Virus record (IMG/VR): IMGVR_UViG_3300018005_000018
Coordinates: 1 to 56,022 of that record
Direction: 5' to 3' (one strand)
Source of the DNA: a virus
Lineage: Duplodnaviria > Caudoviricetes
DNA: 56,022 bases
A model generated the notes under the pieces. That model was not told where the DNA came from. It saw only the letters and a list, made by a program, of their open reading frames with translations, and ran no database searches. A program made the position numbers and the translations under genes. Below are positions 9,017 to 18,713 of this stretch, piece after piece. Position 1 is the first letter of the stretch, and every line of letters starts with the position of its first letter.

Positions 9017-9741
9017 TATTGTCCGGTGTTAAGTTGTTGATTAGCGATCTGTACTATATCGGCTTCACGAAGATTGATACCGATATATTTTAGCATAAGA
9101 GCAATGAGCGTTATATGCTCATCTTGAGGCCATTCTACTTCGATTGAGTTCGCAGCATCGTATGTGATAAAACCATCTCCCTGAATATATGCAAACACAG
9201 GATCACGAGGCCAGCGGAAATACGCAAAGTCCACGCTTGAGATTGGGACAGGATTCAGTTCTGATACTTCCCATGGCCAGATATGAATACCATCCTGCCT
9301 TACTGCTCCTACTGGCATTCTTAGTGTTGGTCTTTTGGTGTAGTTTCCAAGCCTTGTAGCAAGTTGGCTTTCCCGAAGTATCTCCACACCTCTTGGAAGG
9401 ACTGTGAGTTTCTTATTGATGTTTATGGCGAAATTATAAATGATCTCGTCCCTGTGAGCATAATCTGAAGGATAGGGCAACACCCCATTAACCAATGATA
9501 CATTTGGAAGAAATTTCTTGAACACCTTTAAGTCATCTGTTACTTTTAAAGTGATCTCCACATATTCCCTCGGTATAGGTTTCCCTGGTTGATATTCCTC
9601 TGGCAGTCCGTACTTGTTCCGAAAAAGATCAATATTAACAACCTTTATGAGTTGCTGGAATCTTTCTGGTGTAATAACATTCCCGTCAAAATCTTTATTG
9701 ACTATGTAGTTCAATAAATTATACATTTCAAACAAAGTCAT
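9016..9741 (-). CDS. Putative tail tubular/ring protein (crAss-like, P22 gp4-like position)
   Basis: YIVNKDFDGNVITPERF, YFRWPRDP, YIGINLRE motifs. Confidence 0.7.
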   Translation of the reverse strand: MTLFEMYNLLNYIVNKDFDGNVITPERFQQLIKVVNIDLFRNKYGLPEEYQPGKPIPREYVEITLKVTDDLKVFKKFLPNVSLVNGVLPYPSDYAHRDEIIYNFAININKKLTVLPRGVEILRESQLATRLGNYTKRPTLRMPVGAVRQDGIHIWPWEVSELNPVPISSVDFAYFRWPRDPVFAYIQGDGFITYDAANSIEVEWPQDEHITLIALMLKYIGINLREADIVQIANQQLNTGQ

Positions 9742-10136
9742 AATATATAGAGTTTAAAAGTTGAAGGGAGGATGCCCAATAATCTATCCATTGCTTTTTT
9801 TGATTCTGCTACGTCAAGCACACCATCACCATTTATGTCCTCAAAATAGCTGCCGACCAAAATACATCCAAGAGTATTTTTTGTGAAGTTCCCTTTATGA
9901 ATCAATATACCTTCCCTGTTTGGTTCATTAAGTACGCTGAAACACCATCCTTTCTCTGGATGATTGATCTTTTCAACATCATAAATACCTTCTGGTATGC
10001 AGGATATGTTGTGCTGATTTCCCAAATCAGGTAATTCAAGTGTCACACATTTATAATCCATAACGCTGCCATCCATAACTAACCAACAACCCTTTGTCAT
10101 GTCTTTTTGATATGCTCTGCTAATAATTGATTTCAT
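9738..10136 (-). CDS. DUF5675-type L,D-transpeptidase-like protein, candidate endolysin
   Basis: TLELP...ISCIPEGIY...REGILIHKGN...TLGCILVG His/Cys motif. Confidence 0.8.
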   Translation of the reverse strand: MKSIISRAYQKDMTKGCWLVMDGSVMDYKCVTLELPDLGNQHNISCIPEGIYDVEKINHPEKGWCFSVLNEPNREGILIHKGNFTKNTLGCILVGSYFEDINGDGVLDVAESKKAMDRLLGILPSTFKLYIL

Positions 10137-10735
10137 TTCTTCACATTTGTTTTTTTCATTTTTGTCGTATCACCTGTAAAATCTTTGGGATACATCCTGA
10201 GTTGATCCCCATTAGGTAAAACCGTAGGCATACCCCGACTGTTAGTTATAACCGGCATCCCCAGATTATCTATCTTACGACTATTCTTAGTGGTATGTAA
10301 GTTATTGAGGAATATCCCTGTCAAACCTATCAGCGCCATCACAACCCAGATCACCCTTTGCCATCCATCTTGTTTTTTCTTTTCTTCAAGGTCTGCTGCA
10401 ATCTTATCCCTCTCATCACGTTTTTCAACCTCATTTACCTGCACTCCCACTCTTGTTATCTCAGCAAGAAGGACATTATGGTTCTCATTGATTCCTTTTA
10501 ATTCCTCATGCACTCCTTCAATCGTCTTTAGTACTCCTTGCTGCCGTTCATTGATTAATGCCACCTGTCTGCAAAGCCCTTTCTCTGGATCACCATTACC
10601 CGTTATGATAACAGACAACTGCTGATTGCTCTTTATAAGATGGTTGATGTCATCTTTCTCAGAGCATTTATGAATATATACTCTTTTTGTTTTTGCCCGA
10701 ATGGCGGGTTTGCGCTTTGTTGCCATATCATCCAT
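10133..10735 (-). CDS. Coiled-coil membrane protein, possible lysis accessory (holin/spanin-like)
   Basis: GNGDPEKGL motif, heptad-rich middle, one TM segment (VIWVVMALIGLTGIFL); adjacent to candidate endolysin. Confidence 0.45.
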   Translation of the reverse strand: MDDMATKRKPAIRAKTKRVYIHKCSEKDDINHLIKSNQQLSVIITGNGDPEKGLCRQVALINERQQGVLKTIEGVHEELKGINENHNVLLAEITRVGVQVNEVEKRDERDKIAADLEEKKKQDGWQRVIWVVMALIGLTGIFLNNLHTTKNSRKIDNLGMPVITNSRGMPTVLPNGDQLRMYPKDFTGDTTKMKKTNVKK

Positions 10736-10823
10736 TCATTTCAGAGTAAGTTTTTGCTTTTTATGTAAGTAATGTTTTGCTTGTCAATTTTACGTTAGTT
10801 GCGATGCGTACCATAACCACTAT

Positions 10824-12353
10824 TTAGTCTAATCTTACTAACGAAACATTGCTTAAATCAAAAACATCACATCCTGATGAAGGCTCTGCCTCTATCTCAA
10901 ACCATCTATCAATATCATCATTACAAGTTAAATACACAATGTGTGTTCCATTTGTATATCTTCCATGTGTCCCCGCTGGAAATTCATCCCAATAACAACC
11001 TCCATTTGCTAAAAACGATAAAACTGCAATAGTTGGACAATTTGATATTGTAAATTCTAATTTATAATGTTTCCCAATTCTATATGGAATTTCCTGCCTT
11101 ATTACTGCTGATAATGGTCCTCTATGAGCAACACCTCCACTTATTGTCCAATCACCATAGACAAATAACCAAATATCTCCATTCTCCCATATTTCCGAAT
11201 TTATAAAATCTCCATTAAATAATAAATTACTTCCTATTGTATTTTTCCCAAACGGTTCTTTTCCATTAGAATACATATACTCTGTAATTGCATCTCCTAT
11301 CACTCCTTGCTCTCTATAATTAAATGCCCTTCCTACAAATATTAAAGATAATTGATCATCACTAAAATTTTGTTTAACCCCAAAATAATCATACGTTAGA
11401 ATCAATAATTCAACTTCAATATTTACTCCTGAAGAAATGTTTCCCCTAGCATCATCTCTATAATAATAAGGATGAATTGTGAATGAATTACTCGCTGTTC
11501 TTGAAACTATGGTTAAACCAGCATTTCCTAATTTGGGGATTGCAAAATTATAACTTGCATAATCGTTTATCGCCCCTTCTATGTGCTGATTCGTTGTATT
11601 AATCGTATTTAATTGCAAATTTGTATCAGAACTTACGCCATATCCCCCAAATTTGTATCTATGAGATATAGGATCATGTTTTCTTGAGTATACACCAAAA
11701 CTACAATTATTTGCAGCAAATCTTACTCCATGCGTTAACGGTATATAATTTGTTCTTGCATATTGACTTGTCCCATCTCCCTGTATACCTTCAAAAGCAG
11801 TCCACGTAGGGGCAACAACATCAGTTATATGATTAGCATTTTTAACCAAATTTCTATAACTACTTTCCTTTGTTTCTCCTGCCAATAGCCAAATACAATC
11901 AAAAGCATCAGATAAGTTTGTAATAGATAATCCTGTTTTAATTTTCCTAATTAAATCGTTTATTTTAATTTTGGTCAAATCACTTAATGGTGTTGCCAAA
12001 CCATTAATATATGTTGTTAATTCTGTTTCAGGAAAAACATTATTTATAACTGCATGAGACATTGTTCCTTTCCATACAACTGTTAATGAATTGCTATAAA
12101 CAACCGAAGTAGATAAAACCAATGTATAAACACTTCCCGCCCATGAACCACTTAAGACAGTAAACCCTGCAATAGTAAAATCACTTGCAACAAATTTATT
12201 ATTTGCTTTTGAACAAGTCAGAACAACATGAGTCGGTGCAGCATCTTCAACTTCTGCTGAAATTAGTGTATTCCAGTAACTTTGCCACGATTGACCGGAA
12301 CCGCCAAGACCAATATTAGTCTTAACTCCAATATTTGTACGAATACCGGGCAT
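10824..12353 (-). CDS. Putative head fibre/decoration protein with lectin-like domains
   Basis: Gly-rich N-terminal IGVKTNIGLGG, GIQGDGTSQY (LamG-like), C-terminal NLLFNGDF...WTISGGVA module; no signal peptide. Confidence 0.55.
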   Translation of the reverse strand: MPGIRTNIGVKTNIGLGGSGQSWQSYWNTLISAEVEDAAPTHVVLTCSKANNKFVASDFTIAGFTVLSGSWAGSVYTLVLSTSVVYSNSLTVVWKGTMSHAVINNVFPETELTTYINGLATPLSDLTKIKINDLIRKIKTGLSITNLSDAFDCIWLLAGETKESSYRNLVKNANHITDVVAPTWTAFEGIQGDGTSQYARTNYIPLTHGVRFAANNCSFGVYSRKHDPISHRYKFGGYGVSSDTNLQLNTINTTNQHIEGAINDYASYNFAIPKLGNAGLTIVSRTASNSFTIHPYYYRDDARGNISSGVNIEVELLILTYDYFGVKQNFSDDQLSLIFVGRAFNYREQGVIGDAITEYMYSNGKEPFGKNTIGSNLLFNGDFINSEIWENGDIWLFVYGDWTISGGVAHRGPLSAVIRQEIPYRIGKHYKLEFTISNCPTIAVLSFLANGGCYWDEFPAGTHGRYTNGTHIVYLTCNDDIDRWFEIEAEPSSGCDVFDLSNVSLVRLD

Positions 12354-12356
12354 GGC

Positions 12357-12644
12357 TTATGATCTTGCTTTTTTGAGCCAGAGCATAACGGAGTCCGTAG
12401 CACCATTGAGAGTGATTGATGTAATCGGTGTCTCAAATGAGATATATTCATTTACAATTAATGCAACATTTTCATACGTCTTGTTTGTCACGGCTACACC
12501 TTTCTGTGTGATGGAAAGGATTTGCGTGGCGTCTATCCTTACTGTGGCACCAAACGCCTCATATCCTGTAAGGACAGGTGTTGCTGACGCCCCAACAACA
12601 ATCTGACATCCTCTTGCGGCAATTAATTTATAATCCGGGTCCAT
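12357..12644 (-). CDS. Small beta-rich capsid decoration/fibre-base protein
   Basis: 95 aa ending ITSITLNG...VMLW; immediately upstream of fibre-like gene. Confidence 0.5.
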   Translation of the reverse strand: MDPDYKLIAARGCQIVVGASATPVLTGYEAFGATVRIDATQILSITQKGVAVTNKTYENVALIVNEYISFETPITSITLNGATDSVMLWLKKARS

Positions 12645-12689
12645 GGCTATATGTTATTAATTTGCGAGTAAAGTTATACTTTTAAAATG

Positions 12690-12725
12690 AAAAAATCCCG
12701 ATTCTAAATAAATAAAATCGGGATT
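12690..12725 (-). terminator. Rho-independent terminator
   Basis: AATCCCGATT / AATCGGGATT 10-bp stem followed by T-run on minus strand. Confidence 0.75.
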
Positions 12726-12756
12726 GATATTGGAAAGTATGAAAAGGTTAGGAAAA

Positions 12757-13665
12757 TTATTCTGCAACTTCCTCCTTAATTTTCTTGCCTGCTTTGGGGT
12801 TTTTGGTGAGCAAAACAGCTTGTATATCATCACGGAACGACTCATCTCCCATGTAAAGATCATAAAGACTCTCCATGGGTGTCTTGTTTGGTGATACCTT
12901 GCCTCCTGTGACCTTTTCTATCCCATCAGGTGTCTTCCATTGCCACAAGCGGTCTTTGTCATGGAATATGAGAACTCCCATGTCAATGACCTTCTTTAAT
13001 CTTACACGTGTTGCAATTTCTTCCGGTGCATTGATCATGTTAAAGAATCTGTCAAACCCATCTTTCATGCCATGTATCTTATCACTGATGGTATTTTTAA
13101 TCTGTGACATTGTCTTATCTTCCACAGTAATGTCGAGAGCCATAGCAATATCTTTCAACTTTTCTTCTTCCATGCCATATTCCTTGTTGTAAAGGATTAT
13201 GTCAAGCTGCGATTCTCTTGCTTTCTTTTCTGCCCTCTTTTCTGCTTCTGTCACAAGGTCTTCAAACATAAATTTTGGTTTGGACCCCTTATAGTTATCA
13301 CCACCAAAACAATGTTCACATTTCCTTAGAAGAAAATAGATCAGTTCAATATCATTCCTTTTAAGATACATTGAACCCATGAACTGAAGATGTGTTGGGG
13401 TGTAATTTTTTGCTCCCCTTTCATTGACAACCATGCTTTCTGCATACCTCCATACCTGAGTGCCTTTGTCTGTCTTGACAATAGCTTTTAATTTGAATGT
13501 GATGGAATTTGGTTTGTCTGGGAGTCTGTTGTGTGGTAATCTGCTTTTCTGAATACGCTCTGGCGGGTAAACAATCCTTACCGGAAACTTATGATGGAAA
13601 AAAGTCTCTATTGCATCAATGTCCGGTTTTGCGAGTGTGTAAGGTTCTTCATTTTTGTATAACAT
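12757..13665 (-). CDS. Conserved protein downstream of major capsid gene (crAss-like structural module)
   Basis: 302-aa ORF in the MCP+1 position. Confidence 0.55.
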   Translation of the reverse strand: MLYKNEEPYTLAKPDIDAIETFFHHKFPVRIVYPPERIQKSRLPHNRLPDKPNSITFKLKAIVKTDKGTQVWRYAESMVVNERGAKNYTPTHLQFMGSMYLKRNDIELIYFLLRKCEHCFGGDNYKGSKPKFMFEDLVTEAEKRAEKKARESQLDIILYNKEYGMEEEKLKDIAMALDITVEDKTMSQIKNTISDKIHGMKDGFDRFFNMINAPEEIATRVRLKKVIDMGVLIFHDKDRLWQWKTPDGIEKVTGGKVSPNKTPMESLYDLYMGDESFRDDIQAVLLTKNPKAGKKIKEEVAE

Positions 13666-13687
13666 GATATTTAATTTTTAAGGAAAG

Positions 13688-13712
13688 AGGATGCCCTGTT
13701 TGAGAGCACCCT
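13688..13712 (-). terminator. Stem-loop 3' of major capsid gene (weak terminator or mRNA stabiliser)
   Basis: GGGTGCTCT-caaac-AGGGCATCC with G-U pairs, followed by pyrimidines. Confidence 0.5.
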
Positions 13713-13738
13713 TATCCTGTGATTACTTTATTTTATTA

Positions 13739-15112
13739 TTAGCTTGCTTCAAGAAGGACAAACTGGTTGCCTCCACGGAAGTGAGCTCCTACATGACATC
13801 TCTGATAGGTGTTCTCTTTATCAAACTCGGTTACTTTAAACCGTCCTACACCTCCAACCTTCCATACTTCCATCCTTCTGGAATAGTCACCGAGAGCACG
13901 ATACCTTGTGCCTACGGAATCAACCATATTTCCAGAAACAGGATCTTTTTTCTTGTTGATAGGCATAAAGAGCCCTAACTGATTTGCGGTGTATCCTGGT
14001 GCTCCTTCAACCTCCGGGTTGTTAAACACTCCCATCCTCTTGAACAAGAATGTCCTTTCTGATAGTGTCAGATAGGTGAAGTTGACGGAAAGACTGAGGG
14101 CTTCGTTCCTATGAAACAGAACATCATTGACAGCTTCTTTCGCATACATGATGTTAGTGTTCTTAAAATAATCAAGCAACTTGTTCTCAATGTCCTGATG
14201 GAGTTTTAATCCAAGCAGTCCAAGGATATAGCTACCTGCGAAGTTCTGGTCAAGGGTGTTGTCCATCGTGTCAAACTCGTCAATGTCGAAGGCACCTGCG
14301 GTATATGATTGCTCATTACCTACCCTACGTACATAAGGTATTGCACCTTCTGTGAATTTGACTACCCTTCCGGTCACAGGGTCAGTTATCGAACCATCCC
14401 CACGTCTTCCCCACAGAAGGGCACCATCAATCTTCAATGACATACGATAATCAATGTCGATCTGCCCTTTGTAGTAAAATGCGGGAATCTTCTGTCCTTT
14501 GCTTGTGACATCGAACCAGTCCTGGTTGACCATCTCTGTCCCGGTATAGCCAATCGTTTCCTTTATTATCTGGGCATCATTGTCATATTCCCATGTTCCA
14601 GAGAGAGCAGCATCCGGCTGTCCACCACCTTCTGAGAAGGCTGCGGTACGAATGATGATTGTCTCCCCTGCTGTTACTGCGGGTATGTTGTCTGCCTGAT
14701 TGACCGGCTGAACAGATAGCACAGGTGCCGTCTTATCAGTCGTTTTGTCAATAGAGATTACCTGACCCATGACTTCGTTCGGGAACATCAGCACGTCCCA
14801 TCTGCGGACATAGAAGTTCCAGTTTGCGTCAAGGTCTTGCGGGGCAAGTGTTATTAACGCTACCGCCCCTGCTGCAGAAACAGCAACGGCATTATTAGCG
14901 TGTATAGTTGTGTGGATATGATTTTCCTCATAGTGTCCATAAGTGTCAAGTGCCACCGGTTCTTCAAATCCCATTGATCGAAGTAACTGGAAGAATGACG
15001 CTCCCTGATCTCCGTACCTGCTAAAAAGTACATTGAGTTTTTCAGGCTTGTATATGTCGAAGCCCGAAACTATGTCAGAGGCATATATCGCTGCAATAGC
15101 ATCTGGTCCCAT
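13739..15112 (-). CDS. Major capsid protein
   Basis: 457 aa after scaffold-like gene; NDAQIIKETIGYTG, ALLWG, FTEGAIP motifs typical of this phage group. Confidence 0.8.
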   Translation of the reverse strand: MGPDAIAAIYASDIVSGFDIYKPEKLNVLFSRYGDQGASFFQLLRSMGFEEPVALDTYGHYEENHIHTTIHANNAVAVSAAGAVALITLAPQDLDANWNFYVRRWDVLMFPNEVMGQVISIDKTTDKTAPVLSVQPVNQADNIPAVTAGETIIIRTAAFSEGGGQPDAALSGTWEYDNDAQIIKETIGYTGTEMVNQDWFDVTSKGQKIPAFYYKGQIDIDYRMSLKIDGALLWGRRGDGSITDPVTGRVVKFTEGAIPYVRRVGNEQSYTAGAFDIDEFDTMDNTLDQNFAGSYILGLLGLKLHQDIENKLLDYFKNTNIMYAKEAVNDVLFHRNEALSLSVNFTYLTLSERTFLFKRMGVFNNPEVEGAPGYTANQLGLFMPINKKKDPVSGNMVDSVGTRYRALGDYSRRMEVWKVGGVGRFKVTEFDKENTYQRCHVGAHFRGGNQFVLLEAS

Positions 15113-15176
15113 TTTTTATGGTTTTAAATGATGATTACTAAAAATATATTGCCTCTTGTGATTACTGTGTTTAAAA

Positions 15177-16355
15177 TTACCTTTTCATCTCAGCTTCAAA
15201 CGCTTTATCGGCTTTGGCTTCATCTGATAATGGCTGATCAACCAAATCTGGATGATCTCTGTTTTTATCAGACGGGTTACTGTAAGTTTTTAGCAGTTCC
15301 TCTTCTGTCATAGATCGTGCACGGTCAAATATGACCTTCACAATCTTATCAAAGTTTGGAAGTACCGCATCGGAGTACATCTGCATAGCAACGCTTCTGA
15401 CATTTGCTTCATTAACTTCCATCTGGTTGTTAATAACATAGTCAAGAGCATTTTTGTTAATAACCTTCTTCACATCCTCTGGTAATACAAAGTTTGCAAT
15501 CGGTTCTTTTGCCCCTTCCATAAGGATAGGTATTATTGCAAATGTCTCTCCCATCTTCTCACTTACTTTTTGCCAGTTAGCCTTTTGCGTGGCTTCAACT
15601 TCAGGTGTCCATTTCTTCTTACCCTGCGGTTCTTCCGCAACAGGCTCAGGCATTTTGATTTTCGCTTTCAGATCAAGAAGTTTCTCTTTGGCTTTTCTTC
15701 CATCGGAAGATACTTCAAGGAGATTGTCATCAAGGTCTTCCTGCGTCATATCGCCTGCTTCAACTTTTTTAGAGTCCACATTGTATCTCTTCTCGAGCAT
15801 CCTGCGTACCTGTGGCTCCTTGCCTGCCAATGAGGGGTCATCTATTATCCTCTGAAGGATAAGCGCATCCATGGCATCCATGTTTGCAACTTCAGTAGAA
15901 TGTAATTTCCCGAAGACCCCTACATCTTTTATCCCCGTCTCACGTGTAAACTCGTTCAACATTGCAAGCTCGTCAGTTGCAAATGCGTGTTTAGGTTTTG
16001 CCTTAACTTGAGTCTCAAGTTCTGGGATCCTCCGTCTCAGAGTCTCCAATTCCTGAAGTGCTGCGGGTATATTTGCTTTTTTAAAATCCTCCACTGTCGG
16101 GAACTGCTCTCCAAACATCTCGTTCAGCATGGCTTTCCTTATAGTTTCCGGATCTGGTACTTCTGTTTTATGTTCGTCCGGCTTCTTTTCATCCGGTTTT
16201 TTCTCATCAGGCTTTTTCTCGTCTGGTTTCTTTTCATCAGGTGGCTTTCCTCCACCTCTTTTAACTAAAATTTGTTCTGCGATGGCTGCCGGGTCACCGC
16301 CAATGGCGTCTGTTAAAGCGTTTATTTCATCATCTCTGCCGTCATTCTTGCTCAT
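15177..16355 (-). CDS. Putative scaffold/head assembly protein
   Basis: Acidic, helical, between portal and MCP; PDEKK tandem repeats near N-terminus. Confidence 0.6.
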   Translation of the reverse strand: MSKNDGRDDEINALTDAIGGDPAAIAEQILVKRGGGKPPDEKKPDEKKPDEKKPDEKKPDEHKTEVPDPETIRKAMLNEMFGEQFPTVEDFKKANIPAALQELETLRRRIPELETQVKAKPKHAFATDELAMLNEFTRETGIKDVGVFGKLHSTEVANMDAMDALILQRIIDDPSLAGKEPQVRRMLEKRYNVDSKKVEAGDMTQEDLDDNLLEVSSDGRKAKEKLLDLKAKIKMPEPVAEEPQGKKKWTPEVEATQKANWQKVSEKMGETFAIIPILMEGAKEPIANFVLPEDVKKVINKNALDYVINNQMEVNEANVRSVAMQMYSDAVLPNFDKIVKVIFDRARSMTEEELLKTYSNPSDKNRDHPDLVDQPLSDEAKADKAFEAEMKR

Positions 16356-16376
16356 AGTTTGCTTTTTTTAAGTGTA

Positions 16377-16384
16377 CAAATATA
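16377..16384 (-). promoter_or_regulatory. Bacteroidota -7 promoter box for scaffold-MCP
   Basis: TATATTTG ~22 nt upstream of ATG. Confidence 0.6.
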
Positions 16385-16392
16385 TAAATAAT

Positions 16393-18687
16393 TTATTGTT
16401 GTTCAACAGGCATCTGCGATTTTGCCCCATGTTTGAGAATATCAACACCTCCCTCAAGCTGAAGGAGTTCTTTCTTTCGTTCATGTTCGCTTTGTTTCGC
16501 CTTTTCGTCAATCAAAACTTTCGCTTGATAAAGTCTTATTGCTTCATCTGTCTTAATCTTTTCTGTTGCTTGAGCGAGTTCTTCCTTAATCTTAACAGCA
16601 TTTTGTTCTCTCTGACCATCGAGTTGCATATTTTCTCTCTGGAGTTTAAGTTGTTTATCTTTGTTCTGTTTGCTCTTATAATTGAGATATGCTTCTGCAT
16701 ATTTCAGATTTCCCGATTCAAGAAGCCTGTCTATCATCAAAAAGTCAGCCATCTGGATCATTGTCGTACCATCCTTATCAGGTGTCAGGGCTCTCATGGC
16801 TGCCTGTTTGATGTCATTACTCCGTTCATCAGTCGGCTTGGCTTCATATTTGATGTAATAATCAGCATCCACGGTATCTGCTCCTGCACTTATTATCTGC
16901 ACTCCCATTGTTCCGAGTACTGGCAAATATCCTTCATAGGCTTCTTTGTTATGCTTTATGAGCAGTTGTATCCTCAGCGACATGTTCTTTGCCGTGTTCT
17001 CTTTGATGTTCAGATATGCGTTATAAAGAGGTCTGAGCGCATTGTTTGTTGCTGCCATCGCCATCTTATTATTCCCAACGGGTGTATTCGGGTCTGGTTG
17101 AGATGCGTCTGATGCCTGTGTTATGCCGGTTGCTTCACGGATAGCATTTAAGTTAAGTTCAAAAATCTGAATAAACTCACCAAGTTGCGCTCCGATCCCT
17201 CCTGCAAGTTCCTGAATAGGCTTAAATCCTCCCGGTACATTTGGAATGCCTTTATGGGTAGTTGCTTTATATAGCAAAGTACCTGTCTGGTTTCTTAGCT
17301 TAATAAGATCGAGTTCGCTAATCTTTTTACCACCAAGTTTCATGTTCTGTAGTGAAGTCATTTCAATAGACAACCCTGATGGTGCTGCCATCGCAATAGT
17401 GTTTTGCAAACGGAAAAATGCCAAACAGAACTGATGGACATACTGTTCAGAAAGACTCACAAGTGACCTGTAAGGCAGTTTATAGAGATGATAAGAAAGA
17501 CCCACTTCTTTTTTACCTGGACGGGGAACATCATATTGCAGACCAAAATCCCAAACAAAATCTGTTCCTATGAGCCATTTACATTTATAAACAACTTTTA
17601 TGTCAAATTTTTCCGTTTTTCTCTTTTCATCATTATAGAACTTTCCCCATTTTTCATCCCCAAGGACTATTGTGCCAAATTTTGTCTTGCGCTTTGTTTT
17701 GTACTTGCTGTCAATAGACATCCATTCCGCATCAAACACCTCAATAGAGAAATTATCGTAGTTTGAAGCCCTGGTGTTTTTATCATAGACAAAATCACTG
17801 AGCGATACGTTACCTCCTATGCCACTATATGAATTGGCTAATTCCCTCAAAATATCTTCATCAATATCGGGATTGAGTTTGCGTACATCGGAGATAAGCA
17901 TCTGTGTCACCTCTCCTGCCCATTCCATGTTACGGTGGTCAGGATAACGAGAATATTGTGCAATGAAATATTTTGGGTCAACATATCGTGCTTTTACTTT
18001 ATTTGTGTACTGATCGGTATAGTCTTTCGTTGCTATTTTATTGATCGCACAAGCATCTCGTATAAGTTGTTTCTTGATTTCCTGCCATGAGGATATATAA
18101 AACGAATAATCAAGTGCCTGTTCAATCTCTATCTCTTTTGACAACTTAAACCCTCCAGCACCTTCATACAGGTTTAGTTCTTCCATGGTGTCGGGAACAT
18201 ACTCATTCGAGTTATCAATGCCCATGGATTTTTCGATATATGACAATGCCTCTTTGAACTTCATCCGATATTGCATATCCAATTTTGCAGATTCCCTGTC
18301 ATCTGTGCTTGTCGGATCAACGGCTGTGGCTACCACCTGATGATCAGTCTGCATAAGCATTCCTTCCACTACACGAAGGAACTTTGGCATTATTGCAGGT
18401 ATGTCCCAGTTGATATTCATATACCCTGTCATTTCGCCACTATCATCACTCTCATCAAGGAGTATCTTTTGATATTGGCGCACGTTCTGTCTTCCATTTG
18501 CCAATAATCTCAGGGAGTTGATCTCATCAATCTCGCTGAAGGGTATAGCTGTACGTCCTTGTCTCCATGAAGCATACATAGCCTGTAAGTATTGTCTTCC
18601 CCAATCTTCATTTTTTTCTTTCGGGTCTATTTCATCCTTTGGGAAAGGATAAGCTCCGGTACCATATTTTTCTAAGGAAAGTCCCAT
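16393..18687 (-). CDS. Portal protein
   Basis: ~765 aa after terminase; NINWDIPAIMPKF, AIREATGI motifs, coiled-coil C-terminus; ATG 18687 preferred over TTG 18708. Confidence 0.85.
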   Translation of the reverse strand: MGLSLEKYGTGAYPFPKDEIDPKEKNEDWGRQYLQAMYASWRQGRTAIPFSEIDEINSLRLLANGRQNVRQYQKILLDESDDSGEMTGYMNINWDIPAIMPKFLRVVEGMLMQTDHQVVATAVDPTSTDDRESAKLDMQYRMKFKEALSYIEKSMGIDNSNEYVPDTMEELNLYEGAGGFKLSKEIEIEQALDYSFYISSWQEIKKQLIRDACAINKIATKDYTDQYTNKVKARYVDPKYFIAQYSRYPDHRNMEWAGEVTQMLISDVRKLNPDIDEDILRELANSYSGIGGNVSLSDFVYDKNTRASNYDNFSIEVFDAEWMSIDSKYKTKRKTKFGTIVLGDEKWGKFYNDEKRKTEKFDIKVVYKCKWLIGTDFVWDFGLQYDVPRPGKKEVGLSYHLYKLPYRSLVSLSEQYVHQFCLAFFRLQNTIAMAAPSGLSIEMTSLQNMKLGGKKISELDLIKLRNQTGTLLYKATTHKGIPNVPGGFKPIQELAGGIGAQLGEFIQIFELNLNAIREATGITQASDASQPDPNTPVGNNKMAMAATNNALRPLYNAYLNIKENTAKNMSLRIQLLIKHNKEAYEGYLPVLGTMGVQIISAGADTVDADYYIKYEAKPTDERSNDIKQAAMRALTPDKDGTTMIQMADFLMIDRLLESGNLKYAEAYLNYKSKQNKDKQLKLQRENMQLDGQREQNAVKIKEELAQATEKIKTDEAIRLYQAKVLIDEKAKQSEHERKKELLQLEGGVDILKHGAKSQMPVEQQ

Positions 18688-18701
18688 TTTTGAGTTAATT
18701 T

Positions 18702-18713
18702 GCACCAAAGTTA
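18702..18713 (-). promoter_or_regulatory. Promoter box TAACTTTG(GTGC) for portal
   Basis: Matches TAnnTTTG; identical 12-mer at 32845-32856. Confidence 0.6.

Noticed and set aside
16372-17112. 246-aa plus-strand ORF and the many other antisense ORFs over structural genes
   Set aside because: Antisense shadows of strong minus-strand genes with no recognisable motifs
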